Source of the DNA: Candidatus Komeilibacteria bacterium
GTDB taxonomy: Bacteria; Patescibacteriota; Patescibacteriia; UBA1558
Direction of reading: 5' to 3'
Length of the DNA: 64,000 bases
Assembly (NCBI GenBank): GCA_048538235.1
Contig: JBLYPX010000001.1
Coordinates: forward strand, 594,136 to 658,135
The translations under genes were made by a program, and so were the position numbers. This document shows positions 28,142-39,100 of this stretch, piece by piece. The first letter of the stretch is position 1, and each line of letters opens with the position of its first letter. The notes beneath the pieces were generated by a model. It saw only the letters and a program-made list of their open reading frames with translations, was not told the origin of the DNA and searched no databases.

Positions 28142-31100
28142 TATCTACCCTTATTATATAAACTAGACACTTCAGTTGGAGATAATACCCTATTATAGAT
28201 CTTAATGCCACTCATATTACCATCAAAATATCCAACCTCCCCTAAATCTATCCCATCTACACCCACGCCCAAATTACTTGTTGTTTTCGAAATATCTAAT
28301 CCACTTGCAACAATCGTATTATTAATATAACAGTTACCGTTGGTGTCAATTACTAGATTGTACCAATCGCCAGGGGTGAAAGGATTTGCAATCGTTAGCG
28401 TATATGCACTATCATTATAAATTTGAAAGTTACCATTATATATTTGCATAACTAAATCATCTAAAATACTCCCTGACTCAACCCCAAAGAACCTATTATT
28501 ACTTGTGTCATCAAAGTTTACCCATAGAGATATGGTGAATATGTCTGTTAAAATGTCAGCAGGCAACATTATATAATTATTACTTCCATTAAAGGTCGAA
28601 TAATCTTCACCAATAGTTGCACCATACACATCACCATGATTTGAATATGGTGTTGAGTCAACAACTTTACTTAATCTAGTACCATTAACAAAAGGTGTAA
28701 CATGATCCTTTTCTTCCACTTGACCACCATAAAGATATATATCTGAACCATTATCTGTGCCAAATATATATGTACGCACTTCATTTGTGCAGGTGCCAGA
28801 AAAAGTATGTGTTATTGAAAATCTTTGCCATTCTGAAGTTAATGTTTTTCCATATGATGAAGAAGGGTTTGAATCTCCATTAGTTGCCATTTTCATAGAA
28901 AAAGAAGTATCTGAACCACCATTATTTTTAGCCCACATTGAAAAAGTAAATGTTCTACCACAAGTATTAGCTCCTGAATCATTATTCATACGATAATCCC
29001 CTCCCGTTCCGGACTTGGTTAAATTACCAACTGTAATTCTATTACCAAATGGGCCTGTAGTTTCTACATGGCTCATAGCCCAAACATCGTCTGGCCCATA
29101 AGCACAAGCGCCCCACTTACTTGAACAGCCTATGTATATTGGGTCATCTCCCATTGTAACTGTATTACCACCAGCAGCTGAATAATTAACCGTTCCCTCT
29201 GTTTTAGAACTCTTTAAATCTAAATCCCAACTACCAATTAAACCTTTATTTAGATTACCAGTTCTTAATTCTGTATTATATGAACTATATAATTCTTGTA
29301 TATCTTTTAAAGATAAGGCTCTGTTGTATATGCGCACATCACTTAGCGATCCGGAGTAATAATAGTCTGTTGAATAAGAATATTTAGAAATTCTAGTATT
29401 TCCTGTCCAATTTATTGGCGTTACTACTGCTACTGAATTTGCAAATTGACCATCTATATACACACTAAGTGTATCATTACTATGCACACCGGTTGCTAAG
29501 TGCCAATTACCATCGTTATATGTTGATCCCGTTTGTGCAGTTTCCCCTCCATAAGTTCTAAACTGCACTTTACCACTTGAAGTTCTTAATTGTGGATTAC
29601 CAGCCAATTCTCCATCAACATTTATAAACATATTATATGAACCTGCTGAAGTTGTTTTAAACCAAACTGAATATGTAAATTCATCGCCTAATGACCCCAA
29701 AGAACCTAAATCTACATAATCGCTAGTTCCATTAAATTCCATAGCTTTATTAGCTTGCCCTTGCCTATCTGTCGTGTAAATATTAGTGTCTTGGTAAAGC
29801 GCCCCATTGCTTGAAGCAGAAGTAGAATCTTTAGTTAACAATTCTTTTAAAATGACATTGTCTATAGATATGTCATTAGCTGAACCGCTACCAAAATATA
29901 ATATTGAATCTACCCCGCCCCAAGTAAAGTCTTTTGAATAAGTTGTTCCGGCAGTTGGAATAGAACTAGAAATACTATTACCTCCGCCGGCAAATATTGT
30001 TAAAACACCAGAATTATATGCCACTACATCATATTGCAATCTATATCTTTTACCAGTCACGCCCAAAACATTTTGTGATAAATACAAACCCCCGCTTTGC
30101 ACAATATTAGCCCTACCACCAGTAATGTTTATAGTCCCCGGAGTATTCCAACTGCTATCCGCATCAAAACCGCCATTACTTACTATATCGTCGCTAACTT
30201 TCTCACTTGACTGTTCAAGCTTCCAATACCCAACTAACCCCTTTTGATCACTTCCAACACTAATAAATTGTTCTGATTGACTGCCATTGTTATATAAAGA
30301 AGCAATTTCTCCTTCGGCTATTTCACCTATACTAACACCACCGTTGTCTAGAGCTCTATCATAAATACGCACATCTCTTAAATAACCATTATACCATCTA
30401 TCGAAAGTTGAATTTCCTCCCATCTTTAAATAAGGATCAAAATTTACACCATTGGTTGCGTAATTATTTGTATAAACACCATTTCTATATAAATCAATTC
30501 CTCCGCCCGTAAAAACAAGCATAATATGCTGCCATTCATTAAGAGTTATATAATCATTACCTGTTGTATATTGAGGTACATATGATCCTGTTGGCACACC
30601 AATATTCAACCTTCCATCTGATCTTAAAGATATCCACCACCCTTCACTACCACTAATACCAAACCTATCATGAAATATCATATGGTAATCAGCCACATCA
30701 TCTACTGTAGGGTTCATCCAAAAAGACAATGTGCCGTCCGTGTTATCTATTGCTGGTGCCGTTGTAGAAATAACATAGTCAGAAGCGCCATCAAAATATG
30801 CCGCCTCTCCAATTAAACTAGCCCCCGTTACTACGCCGTCGTTACCATTACCAGAATTATCTTTTACACCCTTATCTAAAGACCACCAACCAACTGGCAT
30901 ACTAACATCACTGCCGTTATATAAATCTAATACTTGATCACCTGTTAAGGCCGAATCAAAAATACGAACATCTGCTATATTACCATTAGTATTTTGCATG
31001 GGGGAACCACCAGACATCACACCACCAATTGTTAAATTTGCAGAACCATTAAGCATGGTTGTATGCATAGAAGATCTTTGCTTAACCAATGCGCCATTTA

Positions 31101-32106
31101 CATACACCTTACCAGTCCCTCCACTTATTGTCGCAACAACATAATACCAATCACCTAAAGTTGGTGCTGTTGTATTACAAACGCCTATCCAATTTGCCGT
31201 CAAAACGTTAGTTGTCCACAATGAAAATCCACCACCAGTACTACTTTCACATAAAGATGAGGTTGGTCTAGTTAGTCCAAAACCCCACTCCCTTTGATTG
31301 TTGCCATAGTCTGCTTTTCCTGCAATAATTGTTTCTGTACTATCATCTATACTATCAAACTTAACCCAAGCCGCTACAGAAAAATCTACATCTGTGAATG
31401 TAAAACTATCATTGTCTGGAATTTCTATATAATCATTATTAGAAGATTCAAAATTATAGCCGTGATTTCTAATACTTGTACCATAAATAACTCCATTATT
31501 CGAATTTGGTGTAGTGTCTAACGTTTGTAATTCTTTCAAGCTTACATTATCTAAACTAAATACTTCACCGGTATGACCCGCAGTAACCGTTGTAGAGTAT
31601 ATCCTCAATGATGTAGCATCTACACTTGCAACAAATGAAAATGAATAATGACCATTTGCAACATTTGTCATATAACCAGATGGAGACTCCCACAATGTAA
31701 TGCCAGATTGATTTGCCAATATAAAATTAACGCTTCCGGTGCCATTACTAATATCCATTGAAAACTGGTACGACTTACCAGTTGTTATAGCTAATGTCTG
31801 TTCAAGATAATTGGTACCACCAAATAAATAGTTCGCCTTTCCACCACTAATGGTCCAACCAGTATGCGTGCCCCAATCAGAGTCTGTAGTAAAATCTCCA
31901 TTAGTTAACAATTCAGCGCCAACTTTCTTACTTTCCTCGTTTAATCTCCATTGCCCAACCAATCCTTTCTGAGAAGAACCAGAGGTAAATGTACCCGGAT
32001 TGACTATTCCGCCACCAACAGCAAAACCAATACCAACTAAAAAACCAACGACAATTAATGCCGCTATAGATGACGTTAATAAGTTGTTGGTTATTTTTTT
32101 TAACAT
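28141..32106 (-). CDS. secreted multi-lectin protein (1321 aa), paralogue of 24035-28141: CBM4/9-like modules + LamG_3 domains
   Basis: N-terminus MLKKITNNLLTSSIAALIVVGFLVGIGFAVGGG. CBM4/9-like ELLTNGDFTTDSDWGTHTGWTISGG...LAITTGKSYQFSMDISNG...FSLDNVSLKEL. LamG_3 ends IADVRIFDSALTGDQVLDLYN, LRDVRIYDRALDNGG, LSDVRIYNRALSLKDIQELYS, MSGIKIYNRVLSPTEVSSLYNKGR. The ATG at 32106 abuts the TAA of the upstream ORF (32109-32107). Confidence 0.9.
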   Translation of the reverse strand: MLKKITNNLLTSSIAALIVVGFLVGIGFAVGGGIVNPGTFTSGSSQKGLVGQWRLNEESKKVGAELLTNGDFTTDSDWGTHTGWTISGGKANYLFGGTNYLEQTLAITTGKSYQFSMDISNGTGSVNFILANQSGITLWESPSGYMTNVANGHYSFSFVASVDATSLRIYSTTVTAGHTGEVFSLDNVSLKELQTLDTTPNSNNGVIYGTSIRNHGYNFESSNNDYIEIPDNDSFTFTDVDFSVAAWVKFDSIDDSTETIIAGKADYGNNQREWGFGLTRPTSSLCESSTGGGFSLWTTNVLTANWIGVCNTTAPTLGDWYYVVATISGGTGKVYVNGALVKQRSSMHTTMLNGSANLTIGGVMSGGSPMQNTNGNIADVRIFDSALTGDQVLDLYNGSDVSMPVGWWSLDKGVKDNSGNGNDGVVTGASLIGEAAYFDGASDYVISTTAPAIDNTDGTLSFWMNPTVDDVADYHMIFHDRFGISGSEGWWISLRSDGRLNIGVPTGSYVPQYTTGNDYITLNEWQHIMLVFTGGGIDLYRNGVYTNNYATNGVNFDPYLKMGGNSTFDRWYNGYLRDVRIYDRALDNGGVSIGEIAEGEIASLYNNGSQSEQFISVGSDQKGLVGYWKLEQSSEKVSDDIVSNGGFDADSSWNTPGTINITGGRANIVQSGGLYLSQNVLGVTGKRYRLQYDVVAYNSGVLTIFAGGGNSISSSIPTAGTTYSKDFTWGGVDSILYFGSGSANDISIDNVILKELLTKDSTSASSNGALYQDTNIYTTDRQGQANKAMEFNGTSDYVDLGSLGSLGDEFTYSVWFKTTSAGSYNMFINVDGELAGNPQLRTSSGKVQFRTYGGETAQTGSTYNDGNWHLATGVHSNDTLSVYIDGQFANSVAVVTPINWTGNTRISKYSYSTDYYYSGSLSDVRIYNRALSLKDIQELYSSYNTELRTGNLNKGLIGSWDLDLKSSKTEGTVNYSAAGGNTVTMGDDPIYIGCSSKWGACAYGPDDVWAMSHVETTGPFGNRITVGNLTKSGTGGDYRMNNDSGANTCGRTFTFSMWAKNNGGSDTSFSMKMATNGDSNPSSSYGKTLTSEWQRFSITHTFSGTCTNEVRTYIFGTDNGSDIYLYGGQVEEKDHVTPFVNGTRLSKVVDSTPYSNHGDVYGATIGEDYSTFNGSNNYIMLPADILTDIFTISLWVNFDDTSNNRFFGVESGSILDDLVMQIYNGNFQIYNDSAYTLTIANPFTPGDWYNLVIDTNGNCYINNTIVASGLDISKTTSNLGVGVDGIDLGEVGYFDGNMSGIKIYNRVLSPTEVSSLYNKGR

Positions 32107-35100
32107 TTATTCAAGATAAGCTGAACTATTTGCAAACATAGCTTTTTTAACTTGATCATCAGACAAAACATATGTATAAAATTGAACATCATCTATACGG
32201 CCAACAAATTGTTCTGCTGAAGTTGTAAGTCCACCGATTACCCAAGTACTAGCAACTCCATCTGGATCAGCTGCATGATTGCATGTATTCACCAGAACAC
32301 CATCCTTGTACAGCCTTACCCTTGTACTGTTAGTTCCTGTATCTTCCATACTAGCCGCAACATGTGTCCAAGTGTTAAGACTTATAGTTGATGTTGAGTC
32401 TGTACAATTATAATAGGTGCCATTATGAAAATGATGATTTAGATAATTAGTTGATCCCACCTTTAATACAAAATCACGACCACTAGTGGTTATCCCAATT
32501 ATATCTCTATTAGTATTCTGACTAGTTTGGTAAATCCAGGCAGCAAATGTCACGTTTGCATTACCATCGATATTATAGTCTGTGTCTAGTGGTTCAACAT
32601 TCACAGTATCTGAAGAACCAGCAAAATTAAGTGCATAACCGAACTTTCCATCTACCCAAGTTACTCCCCCGTCAGACAATGTGCCAGTATAACCACCATA
32701 TCTATCATATGCTGAAGTTCCAGTATTTTCATCAAAAGACCAATGAGCGGTTGGCTTTCCACCATTCATATCAAAAGCTATTTGTGCTTGAGTTCTAACA
32801 TAGTCATACACTCTAATATCATCAATTAAAACATTAGTCTGCCTAGTTAATGATGTTTCTGTGGTAGCACCTATAGAAAAAGGATATGGGTACGGATATG
32901 TACAATCATATGTACCAGAAGAAACATTATGCGTTGCCGAATCTACTAATTGACCATTCACATATAATTTAACCTCTGCATCACATCCTCCTGCGCCAGT
33001 TCCTAAATTGTCCCAAGTCATGGCATAATGGGTCCATACAGTTCTATAGGAACTAATATCAGTATAAACATTTGTATAAAAATAAGTATCATTATTTTGC
33101 TCTGCCTTTGCTCTTAAATTATTTCCATCAATGAAAAACGTAAATCCGTAATTATTTGAATTTGTGTGAGCGTTTCCTACTATATCTCCATTTGTTTCAA
33201 TAGGGCCTATTGCAACCCACGCTTCTAGTGTCTCGTTTGGCCAAGTATTAATATCATCAACCCAAATACCGTCTGTTGAGCCATCAAATAGCAAATAAGG
33301 TCCCTCTGGCCTCATATACCAAGCTGGAGATCCGTCCCAAGTAGTTCCTGTAATTGAACTAGTGCCAGAATCATACAAAGTTGTTCCAGTATTTTCATCT
33401 AATTTAAACCAATGAACAGGCGCATCACCGCCAAAACCACCATCTGCCCATGTAGACGAACTTGTCCTATCTGCACCTAAAGCAACAGCAGAGCCAATAT
33501 TATAATCATATTTAACATCATCCGCACTTAATGCGTAATTGTAGAACTTTAATTCATCAAGACCGCCTTCATTGTATTGACCAGTATTACCGCCAAATGA
33601 TACAGGACCGTTAATAACCCAGGTAGAAACATCGTATGCTCCGCTTCGAGCCGTGCCCGTTTGACTCGCTAATACCCCATCTATATATAATGCCACCTGC
33701 GTTCCATTCCACGTGCCTACTAAATGATGCCAGGTATCGCGTGTTATAGTTCCATTTGCATAAAGCTCCCCATTGTCCGCGCGAACATACATCGAAACCT
33801 GATTGTTAGTAGTGTTTCTTAACAATCCGTGAGAGCCAGAATATGACCCCCTACCCATAATGGCACTTTTATAACCATTAGTCCAAGTTTCAGAAGATGG
33901 AACATTTATCCAAGTTGAAATAGAAAACGGATCAGTCCAACCAGCAGGATAACCCCAATCGCCAACCAAAATTCTATCATCAGATCCATCAAAGTACAGC
34001 TCGCTTCCCAAAACACCATCTTGTGGTTTAATAGGTGTGCCATATATAGTTCCGTGTAAAGCTGATATAGTGCTGTCATAGGCTGCTGAAGTATAATCTT
34101 CCTCAAAAGAATAATGTAATATTGGATGAACGCCTTTAGCACCATACATATCATTTAATATCTGCTTCTCGTCAATTGCGTAATCATATATTCTCAAATC
34201 ATCAATATAGCCCTGGTAGTATATTCCTGTATTATTTGTCTGACCAATCATCAGATCAAAACCTTGTGTACCGTTCACATTAAAAGCGCCAGTCAACCCT
34301 GGTACTGTCCCCTGCAAATTACCATCTACATACACTTTCACGCCATCTGTTGAAGATTTTGTTAAAGTAATATACCTCCACTCATCATTTGCACCTATAG
34401 ATATATCAGAAGAAACAAAATAATCATAATCCGTACCATTTAATTCCATGTAAAAAACGACGTTATCTGGATACCAGCCTATTTCAAAATTATCATCTAT
34501 AACACTACCGGCGTTGGCAAACATAACATTATATACATTATGATTAGAATAATCTGGATCATAGACTGTTGGATAAATCCACATACTAATTGACATATCT
34601 GTATTACTGGATCCAAACGGGGATGTAGATGTCCAAGTGTTTGGCAATGTAATTTTGTCTGTAGATGAATTAAATAAAGCCGCATTACCACGTTTTCCAG
34701 GACTCCAAGAAATATTAGATGGTGTTCCAGTATACCCACCACCGCCACTATCATAAGTTAAATTAGCAGTACTATTATCATCCATCTTCCAATAGGCAAA
34801 AGGCACACCAGGATCTGCATCGTTATTTGATCCTAAGGCAACTGCAGAACCAATCTTAGGAGTATGTCCAGCAATACCAGCATTGTAATCAGCTAATACT
34901 TGCGCCGCGTTTCTTTGGTAATTATAAATCTTAACCTCATCTAAATAACCTTTGTATTCGTCAGCAATGTACGTTTTACCGAATTGAAAACTTAAGGTGC
35001 CATCTGTCGGATCTTGGCTTGTACTCCAAGTAAATGTTTTAATTTGTTTACCATTAGCATAATATACACCCGAACGAGCGCTAACATCTCTGGTAACCTC

Positions 35101-35637
35101 TATATGCTGCCATTCATTACTGGTTAAATAAAATTCCGGATCAGTCGCGACTCCTAAATACCAACCGCTAGTAGTTGTTTCACCATGATAATAGGTCAAG
35201 CCATCATCTATTTCTAAAGTAAAATCAAACTCATCAGAGTACCTTTTGCCCAAAGGATTTTGACGATAAGTCATATCTGTTGGTCTGATCCAGAAAGAAA
35301 CAGACAAATCCCCTGCTACACCAGGTATATCACCAAAACTAACATAATCATCAACGCCATCAAAATACATACAACCGCCAGCCACACACTCATCTTCTCC
35401 TACCCAGCCAGCACCATAATAAGCGGTGCCATTATATGAACCCGCTTGATCACAAACATCCCCTCCGCTAGGACAAGTATTATCATCCATCTCATCCATA
35501 CTCCAATAATGTATTGGATCTGCACCAGGATTTAAATATGCCCAAACATTATATGATTGAAAAAGGTAAACTAAACCAGCCACAATAATTATTGCTGTAA
35601 ATATGATAGATGTATAATATGCTGTACTTTTTTTCAT
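32107..35637 (-). CDS. secreted protein with ~6 LamG_3 (ConA-like lectin) domains (1176 aa)
   Basis: N-terminus MKKSTAYYTSIIFTAIIIVAGLVYLFQSYNVWA. Units PIHYWSMDEMDDNTC...LDEVKIYNYQRNAAQVLADYN; FAYWKMDDNSTANLTYDSGGGG...IDDLRIYDYAIDEKQILNDMYG; LDELKFYNYALSADDVKYDYN; IDDIRVYDYVRTQAQIAFDMNGGKP; RIDDVQFYTYVLSDDQVKKAM. Confidence 0.9.
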   Translation of the reverse strand: MKKSTAYYTSIIFTAIIIVAGLVYLFQSYNVWAYLNPGADPIHYWSMDEMDDNTCPSGGDVCDQAGSYNGTAYYGAGWVGEDECVAGGCMYFDGVDDYVSFGDIPGVAGDLSVSFWIRPTDMTYRQNPLGKRYSDEFDFTLEIDDGLTYYHGETTTSGWYLGVATDPEFYLTSNEWQHIEVTRDVSARSGVYYANGKQIKTFTWSTSQDPTDGTLSFQFGKTYIADEYKGYLDEVKIYNYQRNAAQVLADYNAGIAGHTPKIGSAVALGSNNDADPGVPFAYWKMDDNSTANLTYDSGGGGYTGTPSNISWSPGKRGNAALFNSSTDKITLPNTWTSTSPFGSSNTDMSISMWIYPTVYDPDYSNHNVYNVMFANAGSVIDDNFEIGWYPDNVVFYMELNGTDYDYFVSSDISIGANDEWRYITLTKSSTDGVKVYVDGNLQGTVPGLTGAFNVNGTQGFDLMIGQTNNTGIYYQGYIDDLRIYDYAIDEKQILNDMYGAKGVHPILHYSFEEDYTSAAYDSTISALHGTIYGTPIKPQDGVLGSELYFDGSDDRILVGDWGYPAGWTDPFSISTWINVPSSETWTNGYKSAIMGRGSYSGSHGLLRNTTNNQVSMYVRADNGELYANGTITRDTWHHLVGTWNGTQVALYIDGVLASQTGTARSGAYDVSTWVINGPVSFGGNTGQYNEGGLDELKFYNYALSADDVKYDYNIGSAVALGADRTSSSTWADGGFGGDAPVHWFKLDENTGTTLYDSGTSSITGTTWDGSPAWYMRPEGPYLLFDGSTDGIWVDDINTWPNETLEAWVAIGPIETNGDIVGNAHTNSNNYGFTFFIDGNNLRAKAEQNNDTYFYTNVYTDISSYRTVWTHYAMTWDNLGTGAGGCDAEVKLYVNGQLVDSATHNVSSGTYDCTYPYPYPFSIGATTETSLTRQTNVLIDDIRVYDYVRTQAQIAFDMNGGKPTAHWSFDENTGTSAYDRYGGYTGTLSDGGVTWVDGKFGYALNFAGSSDTVNVEPLDTDYNIDGNANVTFAAWIYQTSQNTNRDIIGITTSGRDFVLKVGSTNYLNHHFHNGTYYNCTDSTSTISLNTWTHVAASMEDTGTNSTRVRLYKDGVLVNTCNHAADPDGVASTWVIGGLTTSAEQFVGRIDDVQFYTYVLSDDQVKKAMFANSSAYLE

Positions 35638-35661
35638 TTATTTACTGTGTAATTTAAATAT

Positions 35662-36135
35662 TTATTCGCTCTTCTGAATAGCCCTAACTATAGCTGAAGT
35701 TTCCTTAAGGTTTTCTATATAACTAACACTTTCAATTGGAACTATCATTTGGTTTCTTGGGCCATGTATTTCGCTCCCTAATTTTATTAAAGCAAGTTCA
35801 GATTCTTTTGGTTGAGGCCCAGACTGTAAAGGCTGTTGATCTTGTAAATAATACACTCCTTCTAAAACTAAAACTTCGCTATTCATGCTAGTAACTTTAC
35901 CAAAATATGTCTCTCCATTATTTACAAACACAGCTTGGTAACCATCCATTATATAGCTATCTCCTGCGGCACTATTTACTAATTTACCTCCAATAAAAAT
36001 CACTATTAAAACCAATATAATAACCCCTATAATTGCAGATATTAACTTTTTTGAGTTATATATTGCTTTAACATTGCCTGATGGTTTATCCATATTTCCC
36101 ATCTGAATTCTTCTGTTTTGAATATCATTTTGCAT
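35662..36135 (-). CDS. small single-pass membrane protein of unknown function (157 aa)
   Basis: One hydrophobic segment (LISAIIGVIILVLIVIFIGG) followed by a ~100-aa soluble domain. It lies between the giant gene (21-nt gap) and the LamG gene (24-nt gap) on the same strand. The true start may be the internal Met (MGNMDKPSG or MDKPSG). Confidence 0.6.
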   Translation of the reverse strand: MQNDIQNRRIQMGNMDKPSGNVKAIYNSKKLISAIIGVIILVLIVIFIGGKLVNSAAGDSYIMDGYQAVFVNNGETYFGKVTSMNSEVLVLEGVYYLQDQQPLQSGPQPKESELALIKLGSEIHGPRNQMIVPIESVSYIENLKETSAIVRAIQKSE

Positions 36136-36156
36136 ATATTTATATTAAATTATTAT

Positions 36157-39100
36157 TTATTCTGTAATCGTTTCAATTACTACATCTTCTGTACTATCTG
36201 TAATTATTTCAACATTTGGTGTGTCCTCACCAATTATTACCTCAATGTCTACATTTTCATCTACAACCTCAGTTTCACTAACAGTTTCTTCTACCGGAAC
36301 TTCTTCAACAGCACTCTCATCTACTACCTCTTCAACAACTTCTTCTGGTTGATTAGCAATAAACTCATCTATTTCTTGAACTATTTCTGTGCCAGCAGTT
36401 GGAGTTGAATAGCTTGGTGAACTTACATAAGTTTCATTCACAACATCCTCAGATACTGAATAATCTCCTGAATAAGATAAACTTGGCATAATTATTAATT
36501 CATTCTTACTCTTAGCAACACCCAATACTTGTTTAGCACCGTTTACTGAAGCAATTACTGACAAAGATCTTTGTAAAGCAAGACTATTACCATCATCCAA
36601 TGCTTTAGCAATAGCAGCTTCTTGTTCAGCTAAATCTGCTTGCAATTCACTAGACTCAAGTAAAAGATTGTTTAATTCATCATAATTGTCTGAAAGAGTT
36701 TCTAAATCACCTGGCTTATCTGCTAAGAAATATGCAGCACCTGGTTGTAAACTACTAAAGCCACCAACCTTACCAGATGAAGCTACTTTAATTAAACGAA
36801 TATTATCTCTAATTTCAATTGGAGCGCCTGTTTCTAAATCATAACCAAGTCCAGTTAGATATGCATTTAACTCTTCTTCCGGAATATAGTCATAATCTAA
36901 TATTTCAACAGCAAGACCAATAGCTGGCAAGAAATTATTATCTGATGCCCAAGTTTGACCAATTGTATCTGAGCCAATAATTGCTACTGCATCACCAACT
37001 TCAATAGCACCTTCTGATCCATCCCAATAATTTTGAGTAATAGCTCCAGATAACTCTAAGTTACCTTTAACTTTAATACTACCAGCAACAGATATATTAC
37101 CAAGGAATTCTGCCTTAGCTACTGTAATCTTACCACCAAAGATTGTTTCACCCTTAACAACCACGTTACCAAATTCCTCATATTCCATGATAGATAGATC
37201 AATAACTGTTTCTTCATCATCCGCATCTACGATTGTGATAATACTACCAGTATCTGTTACAACTGGGTTATTGATACTAATTAGAACACTAATCTCACCA
37301 AATTCTGGAACATCTACTTCACAAGAACTTGTATCTACAGTTTCTAATAATAGTGCTAATTCATCTTCTGTATAAACAACTTCTGAATTTAATAGCTCTT
37401 CCTTATATGTATTTTCTATATCCTTAATACAAGAGTTAATTGGGTCAAAGCTTGATAAAGCTACACCCAAAGTACCAGCGCTACGGCTAGTTGCTTTCAT
37501 AGCAATACCTGCTGTAGAAGAAGTTGTAAGTAAATCTCCTTTAGCAATAGCTCCATTTTCTAAACTTACCTTAACTGGAGTAGTACCAGTTAACACTATT
37601 GTTCTTCCTTCTAAATTCTTCTTCAAGATAACTGCTGGATCTGTTGTAACCACACCAACAATATTTGTTGCATTTTTTCTAAGTGATTTAACTGTCATAA
37701 CTTCACCACTATGATCTGTTACAACAATATCTCCAGCTTCTGGCAAACCTTCATAATTACACACACCGTCTACACAATTAGCATATTCATAGACATTAGT
37801 ATCTTCAACAGTCATGTCTAAAACTGTCTTAACATCATCTATTGTTAATTCTCTAACTGTCATATTTTCTGCAACATCTCCACGACTATCATTAGTTTGA
37901 GCATCGCTATCCACAAACTTATCTTCTACATCTTCTGAAGCAACACCATAATTCTCATAATTAAAGGTTACTTTAGAAATCTTATTGAAAGCAACTGAAT
38001 TTGCTGTAGCAAATGGTAAAATACTATTTAAGTTTATATTTGTACTTGAAGATACAATATTCTGTCCAGCAGTTACTACATTATTTGCTGTATTTATTGC
38101 AGTGGCTGCAATCTGAGTTGAACCATCTTCATCTATAATTAGTGCCTTAGCTTGGCCACTAGCTACATAGCCAACCAAAACCTGACCACTATTTAATGTT
38201 GAAGCATTAATCTCTGTTGTTGCTGAGTTATTAATTATTGTTTCACCAATCACACCAACACCACTTTGGTTATATATTACAAAGTTGGCAGAAGAATCTG
38301 CACCATCAATATATGTAATAATATTATTACCATTACCAAGCATAGCAACGCTTATATGTGCTGGTGCAAAATTATTAAATGTCTGTGTTGTGATTACATT
38401 TAATGAATTATCTAAAATACTTATAGCTCCAACTGTATCTGCATAAGCAATCATTAGATTTCCATTAAGCATTCTAATAATATCTATGTTACTTGTTGAA
38501 ACCGAATTAAATACTACTTCTGGTGTAATAATATTTCCTTGGTAATCTACTTCTACGACTGTACCATAATTACTATTACCCTTATCTTCAAATGCTATAA
38601 CCACACTATCATTATATGTTGTTGTTAAACTAATATTATCTGTAGAGCCTGCATTAAATGTACTTGGACCAGATACTACTCCAGCCTGATTAATTGTAAC
38701 AACTTGACCTGTTCCAGTAACACCGCTTCTGTATGCAACCATTATATTATCATTATCTAAGTATGTAGCTGCTATACTTGATGCTTGATTGTCATAAATT
38801 ATTCCAGTCTTTGTTTCATTGTCTGAATAAATTGCATATTTTGCTTTACCGTCTGCATTATCTATATATCCCACAAATACATTACCGTTTGCAAACTCTT
38901 CAGCTACAATTTCATCTGCACTATCTGGTAATAAGGTGACAGTTGAATTTACAGTCATAACACTATCGTCGATATTATCGACAATTGTCAAAGATTGACT
39001 GTCTACATTGGCCGTGTAGTCGACTGTCACCTGCTTGCCAGTCCCTATGCCAGGGATTATATAAAGGAACGAATTAATCTTATTTGCTTCATACACCCTT

